Shown: piece after piece, positions 9,615-19,254 of the stretch
Layout: each line of letters begins with the position of its first letter
Numbering within the stretch: position 1 is the first letter of the stretch
Source: Candidatus Aenigmatarchaeota archaeon
GTDB lineage: Archaea > Aenigmatarchaeota > Aenigmatarchaeia > CG10238-14 > SCSR01
Length of the DNA: 64,000 nt
Reading direction: 5' to 3'
Assembly (NCBI GenBank): GCA_038999725.1
Contig: JAWBWS010000003.1
Span: 1-64,000, forward strand
Position numbers and translations under genes: made by a program
The notes under the pieces: model-generated
What the model was told of the DNA's origin: nothing
The model's database searches: none
What the model saw: the letters and a program-made list of their open reading frames with translations, nothing else

Positions 9615-10718
9615 TCACACCCTTTTCTTCAATATCCTTTCTTTCGCGATCATAAGAGCAGCATCCCTCGGCAAAATGTTTTCCTTCTTAGCTTTCCTCA
9701 AAACTTTCTTTGTGTTTTTCTTGATTTTCTTTTCAACTAGAGCAAACATTTTATTTTCATCATACCCTCTGTATTCACAGTAAGAAGAGATTAAGCCACC
9801 GGCGTTAGCAACAAAATCTGGTACAACCAAAATTCCTCTTTCATGCAAAACTCTTTCAATTTCAGGCCTGCATGGTATGTTTGCAGCTTCAACCAAAAGC
9901 TTTGCCTTGACTTCATTCACATTACTTTCATTTATAACATCTGGTAAAGCTGCTGGAATCAATATATCAACTTTCAGTTTGAAAATTTCTTCATTTGGCA
10001 AAACTTCACCAGGCTTGTAATTTATCACAGAGTTAGTTTGTTTCTTTGTTTCCGAAAGTTTTTCGAAATCTAAGCCTTCTGGGTTGTAAATAACGCCTTT
10101 GCTGTCTGAAACTGCAACAATTTTTGCTCCAACCTGAGATAAAAATTTTGCTGTGAAGGAGCCAACATTTCCAAATCCCTCTATTGCAACAGTAGCTTTG
10201 GTGATGTCAATTTTGACAAACTTAGCAGCAACTAAAGTTGAATGAAAGACTCCAAAACCAGTTGAACCCAACTCATGAGGCAGTCCACCCAAATCCTTTG
10301 GTTTTCCTGTGACAGATTTCAAAGAACCGTTGCCCTCAACAAACCATCTCATTTCTTGTTCTCCCGTGTTTACATCTGGTGCTCCTATGTAATATTTAGG
10401 CGCAATTCCCTTCAAAGCTTTACCAAAAGCTCTCATCAACTCAGCTTTTTGCTCTAAAGAAATTTTCTTCGGATCAGCAACTATTCCTGACTTGGCCCCA
10501 CCAAATGGTAAACCAGCTAAAGAGCATTTGAATGTCATAACTCTTGCTAGCCTGAAAACTTCTTCCACACTAACAGTAGGAGTCATCCTTATTCCACCTT
10601 TCCCAGGTCCTAATGTTGTGTTGTCTATGACCAAAACCCCTTTCAAGCCAACTTTTGAATTGTAAACTTCTATTATCTTTTCAGGTCCAAGATCATCCAC
10701 AAAATTTTCTATTTCCAT
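9615..10718 (-). CDS. gdhA: Glu/Leu/Phe/Val dehydrogenase (glutamate dehydrogenase-like)
   Basis: GPGKGGIR, GGAKSG, APDVNT, GFGNVG, EAAN, PDFVANAGG. Confidence 0.88.
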   Translation of the reverse strand: MEIENFVDDLGPEKIIEVYNSKVGLKGVLVIDNTTLGPGKGGIRMTPTVSVEEVFRLARVMTFKCSLAGLPFGGAKSGIVADPKKISLEQKAELMRAFGKALKGIAPKYYIGAPDVNTGEQEMRWFVEGNGSLKSVTGKPKDLGGLPHELGSTGFGVFHSTLVAAKFVKIDITKATVAIEGFGNVGSFTAKFLSQVGAKIVAVSDSKGVIYNPEGLDFEKLSETKKQTNSVINYKPGEVLPNEEIFKLKVDILIPAALPDVINESNVNEVKAKLLVEAANIPCRPEIERVLHERGILVVPDFVANAGGLISSYCEYRGYDENKMFALVEKKIKKNTKKVLRKAKKENILPRDAALMIAKERILKKRV

Positions 10719-10722
10719 ATCA

Positions 10723-11691
10723 TCACCTCTTCAACCAATCTCCAACAATTTGAAAATCTTCAACTCCATGTAAATAATTGTAAGCTGCTAAAGCGGCTTT
10801 TGCCCCTTCACCAGCTGCCACAACTATTTGTTTGAACACAACATTAGTAACATCACCGGCAGCAAAAACCCCAGGCCTTATCTTATCACTATCTGGATAA
10901 AAAGTTCTACATTTTGAATCAACAACAATTTGGTTGTACTCATCAAGCTTAACTAAACCTTTAACCAAAGAAGGGTCTACCTCATATCCAATTTCTACAA
11001 AAATTCCATCAACATTTACTTCTCTTGCTTGCTCAGTTTTCAAATCTTTGACGACAATTGAATTAACCTTTTCTTTACCTTTTATTTCAGTCACAATACA
11101 ACTCATCATGAGCTCGATGTTTTTCCTTTCTTTAACTTCTTCAACCAAAGCTTCAAACCCACGGAATTCGTCTCTTCTGTGGATTAAGTAAACTTTGCTT
11201 GCAAACTCGCTTAAGAGTAAAGCAGCATCTAAAGCCGAGTTGCCACCACCAATAACAGCAACAATCTTATTCTTGAAAAGAGGAGCGTCGCAAGTGGCAC
11301 AGTAAGATACACCTCTCCCGATAAACTCTCTCTCTCCAGGGACATTTAAAACTCTTGGTTTTTTCCCAAAGGCTAAGATTAAAGCTCTAGCTAAAAAATC
11401 TCTTGTTTCAGTTTTAACCAAAAACTCATTTTCTTTGGGTAAGATTTGTTTCACTTCATCTAATGTTATTTCAGCTCCAGCTTTCTCAACTTGCTTTTTC
11501 ATCCTATTCACTAAATTGATTCCACTAACATTCAAAAAGCCTGGATAATTACAAATATTTTGAGAGAGTAAAGCTTGTCCCCCAACATTCATGGTTATTA
11601 TTAAAGTCTTCAACTTCCTTCTAGCAGAATACATTCCTGCTGTCAAGCCTGCTGGCCCACCACCAACTATTATCAAGTCATACCTTTCCAT
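10723..11691 (-). CDS. trxB: Thioredoxin reductase
   Basis: GGGPAG, SYCATCD, GGGNSA, FAAGD. Confidence 0.95.
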   Translation of the reverse strand: MERYDLIIVGGGPAGLTAGMYSARRKLKTLIITMNVGGQALLSQNICNYPGFLNVSGINLVNRMKKQVEKAGAEITLDEVKQILPKENEFLVKTETRDFLARALILAFGKKPRVLNVPGEREFIGRGVSYCATCDAPLFKNKIVAVIGGGNSALDAALLLSEFASKVYLIHRRDEFRGFEALVEEVKERKNIELMMSCIVTEIKGKEKVNSIVVKDLKTEQAREVNVDGIFVEIGYEVDPSLVKGLVKLDEYNQIVVDSKCRTFYPDSDKIRPGVFAAGDVTNVVFKQIVVAAGEGAKAALAAYNYLHGVEDFQIVGDWLKR

Positions 11692-11693
11692 CT

Positions 11694-12026
11694 TCACACC
11701 ATGTTCTTCTCCAACCATTTTTTAACCAAAGGTTCAGGCATTGCTCCAACAAATTCATCAACAATTTTACCATTTTTAAATATTTTAACATTTGGAATTG
11801 ACATTATTTGATATTCTTCTGCAAGCCTAGGGTTTTCATCAATGTTAACTTTAGCTAACAAAAACTTTCCTTGGTATTCCTTAGCCAGCTTGGTCAAGAT
11901 TGGAGAAAGCATCCTACAAGGGCCACACCAACTTGCCCAAAAGTCAACAACTACAGGAATTTTTTCTGAATTTTTAATCACTTTTTCTTCAAAATCTTCT
12001 TCGCCCACTTCAATTTCAACTTCCAT
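11694..12026 (-). CDS. trxA: Thioredoxin
   Basis: WCGPC active site. Confidence 0.97.
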   Translation of the reverse strand: MEVEIEVGEEDFEEKVIKNSEKIPVVVDFWASWCGPCRMLSPILTKLAKEYQGKFLLAKVNIDENPRLAEEYQIMSIPNVKIFKNGKIVDEFVGAMPEPLVKKWLEKNMV

Positions 12027-12091
12027 GCTATCGCCAATTACTATAGTTGTTCTGCTTTATATATAAAATCTTTGATTGTTGAAAATAAATT

Positions 12092-12271
12092 ATGGGTGTA
12101 AGGGGATTTATTAGGGACATCGTAGGAATTTATCTTGGATTTGAAATTATAAGAGGAACTATAACAAAGCATTTTGAAATTACCACTCCCATAATTGCTT
12201 GTGGAGCAATCCTTTTGATTTTTGGTGTGTGGTTTATTCTCGAAAGAGTAGGAATACTTCCAAAATTATAA
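12092..12271 (+). CDS. 59-aa membrane microprotein (not in ORF track)
   Basis: MGVRGFIRDIVGIYLGFEIIRGTITKHFEITTPIIACGAILLIFGVWFILERVGILPKL; ends 24 nt before the next gene. Confidence 0.7.
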   Translation: MGVRGFIRDIVGIYLGFEIIRGTITKHFEITTPIIACGAILLIFGVWFILERVGILPKL

Positions 12272-12295
12272 AGCTAAAAAAACAAAATCTTTTTC

Positions 12296-14236
12296 ATGGG
12301 AATTGTGAAGAGTATTTGTATTTATTGCGGTTGCGGTTGTAGGTTAAAATTTCAGGTTGAGGGGAAGAAAATAAAGAAAGTCATGCCGGATGAAGAAGAC
12401 CCTGTGAGCAAAGGAAAGCCATGTATCAAGGGCTTAACAATTCATGAAGTTGTTGATAGGGGAAGAATCCTTCACCCAATGATAAGATATGGCAAAAAAT
12501 TGAAGAAAGTGAGTTGGGAAAAAGCTTATGAATACATCAAAAAGAATTTGGAAAATCTCTTGCCAGATGAGATTTTTTTCGTGCCCTCAGGAAAAACCAC
12601 AAATGAGGATAACTATGTTATGCAAAAATTTGCTAGACTGTTAGGAACTAACAATGTCGATGTTTGTTGCACAAGAGTTTGCCACAGGGCTACGGTTCAA
12701 GCTCTTGCCAATGTATTTGGAATAACTGCAAATCCCTGGGGGATGGAAGATATTTACGATAGAGATTGCATTTTGATAATCGGTTCAAACCCAGCATCAA
12801 ATTATCCTGTGCTTTTCAACAGGCTTTTGGAAGCAAAGAGAGGTGGTACAAAAATAATTTGTGTCCAGCCAATTAGAAACCAGACTTCAGAGCATGCTGA
12901 TGAATTACTTTTGATTGAATCTGGCTCAGAAACCGCCCTATTAAATGGAGTGATGAATTTTTTGATTGAAAAAAAGAGTTATGATGAAAGTGCTGAGAAA
13001 ATTGAAGGGTTTGGGAATCTTGCCCAGCTTGTGAAAGATTACACTCCTGATAAAGTTTGTGAGATTTGTAAAATTTCAAGGGAGAAATTTGAAAATTTTG
13101 CTAAGATGATAGCAGAATCAAAAAAATTTGGGGCTATGCATGGCATGGGTCTAACCCAACATGTGAACGCGATAGAAAATGTTCACTCTCTGCTTAATTT
13201 GATTTTGCTTAAAAATGGGAAGCTTTTGTCTTTCCGTGGCGAAGTCAATGTTCAAGGGGCGGGGGATATGGTTGGTTCTCCCGATCAATTACCAACAGAT
13301 CACATAATGGATTTTGATAAATTGGAAAAATTTTGGGGGAAGAAAATAGAAATTAAAAAAGGTAAGAATATTGTTGAAGCTTTTTTGATATCGCCTGTAA
13401 AAGCTTGTTTTATCTCTGGGTTTAATCCTGCTCAATCTATGCCTAACTTGAATCAAGTACACAAGAACTTGAAAAAGATGTTCTTAATTCAAATGGACAG
13501 TTATTTCAATTTAACATCAAAATTTGCAAAAGTGATTTTACCAGTTCCTTTGCTAATCGAAAAAAATGGAACTATAACAAACGGTGAAAGAAGAGTGAGG
13601 CTTGTGAAAAAAGTAAGAGAAACTGTAGGAGAGGCTAAGCCTGAATGGTTGATATTCAAGGAATTAAGCAAATATTTTGGTCTTGAAAAATTCTTCAAAT
13701 ACAAGAAGGAAAAGGAGATATTTAAAGAAATAGTTGAAATGATCCCATCTTATTCCAAAATAGACTACGACTTTCTTTATCTTGGAAATGACGCTTGGGT
13801 GGACAAAGAAATAAAATTCAAAAGATTTATGCCAGAAAAATTTGAAGGTTTGGGAGAAATTAGGAGTAAAAAGTATCCATTTATTTTAACAACTTTTCGC
13901 TCACCTTATCGCTTTTTAACTAATGAAGCTACTTCTAAATCTAAAACTCTCAAAAAATTTGATGTAGACTTTTGCTACATTAATGAAAAAGATGCAAAAA
14001 GGCTTAGGATAAAAGACGGTGATTGGATAGAAGTCTTTAACTCAAATGGCAAAGTTAAAGTTAGAGCAAAAATTGACAAGTTTCTGCCAGAAGGTTTAAT
14101 CGGTATGCACTTTCACTCAGAAAAAATCTTAGTTAACAAACTTTTCCCAACACAATTTGATGAAGAAAGCTTCCAACCCAATTTCAAAGCGGTGGCCGTG
14201 CAAATTAAGAAATTAACTCCTAGATGTGCTTGTTAA
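12296..14236 (+). CDS. Molybdopterin oxidoreductase, formate dehydrogenase alpha (FdhF)-like, Cys-ligated
   Basis: CIYCGCGC...C 4Fe-4S motif, CCTRVCH, RGEVNVQG, EKNGTITNGERR, C-terminal molybdopterin-dinucleotide domain. Confidence 0.88.
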   Translation: MGIVKSICIYCGCGCRLKFQVEGKKIKKVMPDEEDPVSKGKPCIKGLTIHEVVDRGRILHPMIRYGKKLKKVSWEKAYEYIKKNLENLLPDEIFFVPSGKTTNEDNYVMQKFARLLGTNNVDVCCTRVCHRATVQALANVFGITANPWGMEDIYDRDCILIIGSNPASNYPVLFNRLLEAKRGGTKIICVQPIRNQTSEHADELLLIESGSETALLNGVMNFLIEKKSYDESAEKIEGFGNLAQLVKDYTPDKVCEICKISREKFENFAKMIAESKKFGAMHGMGLTQHVNAIENVHSLLNLILLKNGKLLSFRGEVNVQGAGDMVGSPDQLPTDHIMDFDKLEKFWGKKIEIKKGKNIVEAFLISPVKACFISGFNPAQSMPNLNQVHKNLKKMFLIQMDSYFNLTSKFAKVILPVPLLIEKNGTITNGERRVRLVKKVRETVGEAKPEWLIFKELSKYFGLEKFFKYKKEKEIFKEIVEMIPSYSKIDYDFLYLGNDAWVDKEIKFKRFMPEKFEGLGEIRSKKYPFILTTFRSPYRFLTNEATSKSKTLKKFDVDFCYINEKDAKRLRIKDGDWIEVFNSNGKVKVRAKIDKFLPEGLIGMHFHSEKILVNKLFPTQFDEESFQPNFKAVAVQIKKLTPRCAC

Positions 14237-15079
14237 TTTAGCTTTTATCACATTAGGTATCTCTTCTATCAAATCGCTTGCCAATAAACTTTCTCCATAT
14301 TTTTTAGCTGCTAGCTCACCCGCTTTACCATTAACAAAAGCAGCAGCACAAGCTGAAGTAAAGGTATCAAGACCCCTTGCTAAATAAGCTCCACAAATTC
14401 CTGCTAGAGTGTCACCAAGACCACCTTTTGTCATATAGGGTGAGCCAGTCTTGTTTATAGCAGTTTTGATTCCATTTGAAATAACATCTATGTGCCCTTT
14501 TAACAAAACAGTTGCTTGAAGTTTATTTGCAATTTTGTTCACACTCTCGATCCTTTCTTCAACATTCTTGCTCACTTTTATCCCAGAGAGAATAAAGAAT
14601 TCGTAGGAGTGAGGCGTTATAACAACTTTTTTTCCTTTAATTGCTTTCTCATCCTTAGCTAAAGCATGAATGGCGTCTGCATCTATAACAACAGGTAGTT
14701 CAACTCTCCTTAAAAATTCAAGGATGAAATCTAAAACTTCTTCGCTTCTAGACATGCCACCCCCAATAACAACAGCAGTTTTATTTTTTGTTAACTCCAA
14801 AACTTCATCTAAATTCTTCTTCGTGAAAAAATCTCCTTCAATTGGAAAAGCTATCAAGTCTGGTTTAAAGCTTCTGATAACATAAGCCGTTTTTTCTGGT
14901 GCCACTATTGTGGCCAAATCAACACCTGCACGCAAAGCAGCTAAAGCATTGAAAGCTGGAGAGCCAGAGTAGAATTTGCTTCCGCCCACAACCAGTAAAT
15001 GGCCAAAATCATACTTTTTTGACCACTCTTGCCTCTTTTTGTAAACTTTCTTTAGGATGTTTTTGTCAACAACTTGCAT
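14213..15079 (-). CDS. nnrD: ADP-dependent NAD(P)H-hydrate dehydratase
   Basis: GGSKFYSGSP, VVIDADA, TPH..EF, KGGLGDTLAG. Confidence 0.92.
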   Translation of the reverse strand: MQVVDKNILKKVYKKRQEWSKKYDFGHLLVVGGSKFYSGSPAFNALAALRAGVDLATIVAPEKTAYVIRSFKPDLIAFPIEGDFFTKKNLDEVLELTKNKTAVVIGGGMSRSEEVLDFILEFLRRVELPVVIDADAIHALAKDEKAIKGKKVVITPHSYEFFILSGIKVSKNVEERIESVNKIANKLQATVLLKGHIDVISNGIKTAINKTGSPYMTKGGLGDTLAGICGAYLARGLDTFTSACAAAFVNGKAGELAAKKYGESLLASDLIEEIPNVIKAKLTSTSRS

Positions 15080-15159
15080 AATTGGTTTTTTCTTTTCCCA
15101 AGAAATAAAGTTTGTCCTTGGAGAAAAGATTAAAAAGGTTAATGTTGAGATAACTTATT

Positions 15160-15393
15160 ATGATGGGGGAAATAGAGAAGAAATTCAGAAATTATGTGCG
15201 GGAACTTTCTTCTATTAGTTTAGATGGTGCAATAATATATATACTGGGGCGCTATCCCATCTCACGAGAAGAAGCAGAAAGAATAGCAGAGTCTGTTTTT
15301 CGAGATTTTCATGAAAGAGGAGAAGGGATATATTACACCATCTTAGGAGGAGCGCCCGTTTTTGAATACAAGGGTGATGTGAAAGAAAAATAA
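15160..15393 (+). CDS. Hypothetical protein
   Basis: 77-aa ORF filling the intergenic gap. Confidence 0.6.
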   Translation: MMGEIEKKFRNYVRELSSISLDGAIIYILGRYPISREEAERIAESVFRDFHERGEGIYYTILGGAPVFEYKGDVKEK

Positions 15394-15411
15394 AGTAATT
15401 GAAAGGCTAAT

Positions 15412-17703
15412 TCATACATTTTTTCTAGTTTGCATAAATTCTAATATAAGCTCTCTTTCTGTCCTGATTACAGCCATCCTTACCTTCTCAATTGCATCAA
15501 TATTGCATGAGATGCTTTTGATTCCAAATTTTATCAACAATTTCACCATCTCCGGATCGCTCCCACTTTCTCCACAAATCGAGCTCTCTATCCCATATCG
15601 ATTGCAAACTTTTATAACATGTTTAATCAGTTTTAGAACACTTGGGTGGAATTCTGAGTAAAGATTTGAAATTTTGGCATTGTTTCTATCTACACCAAGA
15701 GTCAGCATGGTCAAATCATTTGAGCCAATTGACACAAAATCTACACCCTCCATACAAAAGTCCTCGATGTTTAAAGCACATGATGGAACTTCACACATTA
15801 TCCCGATTTTGCAACTTTCAGGTAAACCAATCTCTCTCGCTATTTCTTTTGCTTTCCTTAATTCTTCAACTGAAATCACAAAAGGAAGCATGACATGAAC
15901 ATTATTCAAACCTTCTTCATGCAACCTTTTTATGGCTTCAAATTCTGCTTTCAAGAGCTCAGGCTCATCCAAGCTTCTCCTTATCCCATGCCAACCAAGC
16001 ATGGGGTTATCCTCTTTCGGCTCTTCTTCCCCTCCTTCTAAATTTCTAAACTCATCACTCCTTGCATCTAAAGTTCGAACCCACACAGGCTTTGGGTAGA
16101 AGGCTTTTGCTATTGGTCTTATTCCATCAAGCAAAATCTTGATGTATTCCTCCTTTCTTCCCTCCCTAACAAGCTTTGCTGGATGCACTCCACCTCTTGT
16201 TATCATGTGTTCTATTCTGAGCAAGCCCACACCATCAACTTTCTCAGCCACTTGCTCAACATTTTCAGGAAAAGCCAAATTGACTTTTATTTGTGTGACA
16301 GTAAGCTTTTCTAGGGGAGGAAGCTCTTCTTCAACTTTAACTTCAGGTTTTTTGATCTCAATTCTACCAGCATAAATTACACCTTCATAAGCATCAACTG
16401 TAACTTCTTGACCATCTTTCAAAACTTTTGTTGCTGTTTGTGTGCCAACTACACAAGGAATTCCCATTTCCCTACTCACTATTGCTGCATGGCACACACG
16501 CCCTCCTGCGTCAGTTACTATAGCAGCACATTTGCTCATAGTTGGTACTAAATCCGGAGTTGTCATCTCAGTCACAAGTATATCGCCTTTTTCAACTTTT
16601 GTTATGTCTTGTAAACTGCGAACTATTTTCACTTTTCCAGAAGCAATTCCAGGAGAAACTGCTAAACCTTTAACCAAAACTTCCCCTTCAATTTTCACTT
16701 CTTCTTTCTTACCAACAGCTGTAACTGCTCTTGTTTGAAGTATGAAAATTCTTCCTCTTTCTATGGCAAACTCTATATCTTGCGCTTTGCCATAATGTTT
16801 CTCTATAGCTTTTCCATATTCAGCCAACTGTAAAATTTGCTCATCACTCATAACTTGAGCATTAACTTTCTTCTCAGCAACAGGCAAAACTACAGTCCTA
16901 TCTGTAGCCAGATCTCTTACCCTCATCTTCTCCTTCTTCCCAATTTTCTTCTCTAGAATTCTTCCATCTTTCGAGACTCTATAGAAATCAGGTTCAACTT
17001 CACCAGCAACCAAAGTTTCACCCAAACCCCAAGTAGCTTCTATTACAATCTCATCTTCACCTGTTACAGGGTTTACCGTGAACATAACACCAGAAACATC
17101 CGAGCTCACCATTTTCTGAACAACAACAGCAATGCTCGCATGCTTTATGTTGTGTTTAGCACGATAGAAAATTGCTCTTGGCTCGTATAAGCTTGCCCAG
17201 CACTTCTTCACAGATTCAAGGTAATCTTTTATCCCTTTGACATTCAAGAAAGTTGCCTGCTGCCCAGCAAAACTCGCTTGCGGCAAATCTTCAGCTGTGG
17301 CAGAGCTTCTTACAGCAACCAAAGCGTAATCTCTACCAGCAGCTATGAGCTCTAAAGCTTTTGGTGTGATTATTTCTTCAGCAAAAGAAAGTTCACGATA
17401 AGCCTCTATTAATTCAGTTCTCATCCCTACTGGAAAATCTTGAGAAATTATTAAATTTTTAATCTTCTTTGAAGTTTCCAACAATTGTTCTGTGTTATCA
17501 ACATCACAAGCTTCTATGAAGGCTTGAATTTGATTTTTTATTCCATTTAACTCTATAAATTTATCAAAAGCTTTTGTTGTTATCACAAAGCCAGGAGGCA
17601 CGGGCATTTTTATTTTTCTCAATTCACCCAGATTTGCGCCCTTACCACCGGCCAAATTTAAAGAGTCCTTATCTATTTGTTCAAACCAAGCAACAAATTC
17701 CAT
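15412..17703 (-). CDS. ppsA: Phosphoenolpyruvate synthase
   Basis: GGKGANL, RSSATAED..SFAGQ, GG..CHAAIVSRE, SIGSNDLT. Confidence 0.96.
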   Translation of the reverse strand: MEFVAWFEQIDKDSLNLAGGKGANLGELRKIKMPVPPGFVITTKAFDKFIELNGIKNQIQAFIEACDVDNTEQLLETSKKIKNLIISQDFPVGMRTELIEAYRELSFAEEIITPKALELIAAGRDYALVAVRSSATAEDLPQASFAGQQATFLNVKGIKDYLESVKKCWASLYEPRAIFYRAKHNIKHASIAVVVQKMVSSDVSGVMFTVNPVTGEDEIVIEATWGLGETLVAGEVEPDFYRVSKDGRILEKKIGKKEKMRVRDLATDRTVVLPVAEKKVNAQVMSDEQILQLAEYGKAIEKHYGKAQDIEFAIERGRIFILQTRAVTAVGKKEEVKIEGEVLVKGLAVSPGIASGKVKIVRSLQDITKVEKGDILVTEMTTPDLVPTMSKCAAIVTDAGGRVCHAAIVSREMGIPCVVGTQTATKVLKDGQEVTVDAYEGVIYAGRIEIKKPEVKVEEELPPLEKLTVTQIKVNLAFPENVEQVAEKVDGVGLLRIEHMITRGGVHPAKLVREGRKEEYIKILLDGIRPIAKAFYPKPVWVRTLDARSDEFRNLEGGEEEPKEDNPMLGWHGIRRSLDEPELLKAEFEAIKRLHEEGLNNVHVMLPFVISVEELRKAKEIAREIGLPESCKIGIMCEVPSCALNIEDFCMEGVDFVSIGSNDLTMLTLGVDRNNAKISNLYSEFHPSVLKLIKHVIKVCNRYGIESSICGESGSDPEMVKLLIKFGIKSISCNIDAIEKVRMAVIRTERELILEFMQTRKNV

Positions 17704-17777
17704 ACTATATAATTTTCTTTTTTCAAATAAATTTTAGGTCTCTTTAACTCAATGGAGGAGAAAATTAGTTTCTTCCA

Positions 17778-18296
17778 TCATTCTTCCATTTCAATCTTCA
17801 CAGGTGTTGGAAGCTTTAGCCCAGCTTTCTTCAAGGCTTTTTTCCCTATCTCCAAATTTTCCTTCCTTATTTTCAACATGAAAAGTCTTTGCCCTTCTTT
17901 TGTTTGGACTGCCCTATTGGAGGGTCTACCAAAAGCAAGTCTCATGCCCTGTGAGTACCTGTCTGCTCCAGCACCTTGAGCGATAGGTTTTTCCCTTATC
18001 ACATGATGAGGAAAAACCAAAACTTTCAAGAAGTAATTTGAAGTGCCGAGTTTTTTTTCCAAAAACTTGTGGGCAACCACTCGAGCAGCTTCTAAAGCAT
18101 TGTCTCTTATTTGAACTGCTCTTTCTGCAAGGAGGTAAAGTGTTAAATCAAACTCTCCAGCTTTATTTCCCATCTCAAATTGACGAGTTTTTGAGACCGG
18201 TGCTCCTGCCACATAGCTTTTCCTCGGAACCTTCATTGATACTCGAGTATAAGGCCTTTCTATTCTTCTAATAGTTCTTCCGGGTCTAAGCGGCAT
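17778..18296 (-). CDS. rpl10e: 50S ribosomal protein uL16 (L10e)
   Basis: QIRDNALEAAR, FPHHVIRE, GAGADR.SQGMR.AFG. Confidence 0.96.
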   Translation of the reverse strand: MPLRPGRTIRRIERPYTRVSMKVPRKSYVAGAPVSKTRQFEMGNKAGEFDLTLYLLAERAVQIRDNALEAARVVAHKFLEKKLGTSNYFLKVLVFPHHVIREKPIAQGAGADRYSQGMRLAFGRPSNRAVQTKEGQRLFMLKIRKENLEIGKKALKKAGLKLPTPVKIEMEE

Positions 18297-18385
18297 AAAA
18301 CCAACTATACACAATTTATTAAATAAAAAATAAATAAACTTTTTGGTGCAAAATCTTGTGTCAAGGAATACAAGTAAGAATGAAA

Positions 18386-18430
18386 TTTAAATACTCTTGA
18401 AACTCAATTTTTATTAGTATTTGGAGGTGA
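18386..18430 (+). promoter_or_regulatory. TATA box and strong Shine-Dalgarno of the histone gene
   Basis: TTTAAATA at 18386-18393; GGAGGTGA at 18423-18430. Confidence 0.6.
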
Positions 18431-18434
18431 ATGA

Positions 18435-18599
18435 ATGGCTTTAGTTGTTAAGTCTGCTGTCAGAGCTTTGTTAAAAGGAATGAGGGCTAGTGAAGATTTC
18501 TGGAAGGCAATAGATGCTGTAGTTACAGGTGAGGTTAAAAAAGCAATAGAAAGGGCAAAAGCAAACGGCAGAAAAACTGTAAGAGGATGTGACCTTTAA
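18435..18599 (+). CDS. Short archaeal histone-fold protein, truncated-alpha3 'face-to-face' type (not in ORF track)
   Basis: MALVVKSAVRALLKGMRASEDFWKAIDAVVTGEVKKAIERAKANGRKTVRGCDL; A..RA..NGRKTV...DL signature. Confidence 0.9.
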   Translation: MALVVKSAVRALLKGMRASEDFWKAIDAVVTGEVKKAIERAKANGRKTVRGCDL

Positions 18600-18603
18600 A
18601 ATT

Positions 18604-18635
18604 TTCCCTTCTTGAATAAGAAGGGAATTTTTTTT
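18604..18635 (+). terminator. Hairpin plus oligo-T terminator after the histone gene
   Basis: TTCCCTTCTT-GAAT-AAGAAGGGAA followed by T8. Confidence 0.75.
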
Positions 18636-18680
18636 ATTCTTTTTGTTAAAAATTTAAGTTTTCTTTGACAATTTAGTTTA

Positions 18681-19253
18681 ATGGTAAGTTTTGTTATTGG
18701 CATAACCGGAACTATAGGTTCGGGTAAAGAAGTGGTAAAGGAAGCTTTAACCAGAAATTTTGATTGTTATTCTGTCACCTTGTCTTCCGTGATTCAAGCT
18801 AAATTGAAGAAGGAAGTTGACAGGAAGACTTTGCAAGATATGGGAAATGAATTGAGAAAAAAATATGGAAACTTTATTCTAGCCAAACTTGCCACAGACT
18901 ACTTACAAAGGGATAAGGAGATGATTATAGTTGATGGAATAAGGAATCCTGGTGAAGTCAATTACCTAAGAGAAACATTTGGTGATAAGTTTTTCTTAAT
19001 CGCAGTCGATGCTCCTAGGGAGCTAAGATGGGAGAGGATAAAGAACAGGGGAAGGGAAGGTGACCCAAAAACTTGGGAAGAGTTTTTAGTTTTAGATGAG
19101 AGGGATCAGGGAGAGGGAGAACCTTTATATGGACAAAGGGTAAGAGAATGTCTACAAATGGCAGATTTTCTGATTATAAATGATTGTTCCTTGGAGAAAA
19201 TTAATGAAAAAGTTGCTAAAATTGTGGAAGAACTAAAGGTAAAAAAGGGATGA
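18681..19253 (+). CDS. P-loop kinase, dephospho-CoA-kinase-like/UPF0200
   Basis: GITGTIGSGK, VDGIR, ADFLIIND. Confidence 0.8.
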   Translation: MVSFVIGITGTIGSGKEVVKEALTRNFDCYSVTLSSVIQAKLKKEVDRKTLQDMGNELRKKYGNFILAKLATDYLQRDKEMIIVDGIRNPGEVNYLRETFGDKFFLIAVDAPRELRWERIKNRGREGDPKTWEEFLVLDERDQGEGEPLYGQRVRECLQMADFLIINDCSLEKINEKVAKIVEELKVKKG

Positions 19254-19254
19254 T

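Noticed and set aside
12670..12690. Selenocysteine in the FDH-like enzyme
   Set aside because: The ligand codon is TGC (Cys) and there is no in-frame TGA
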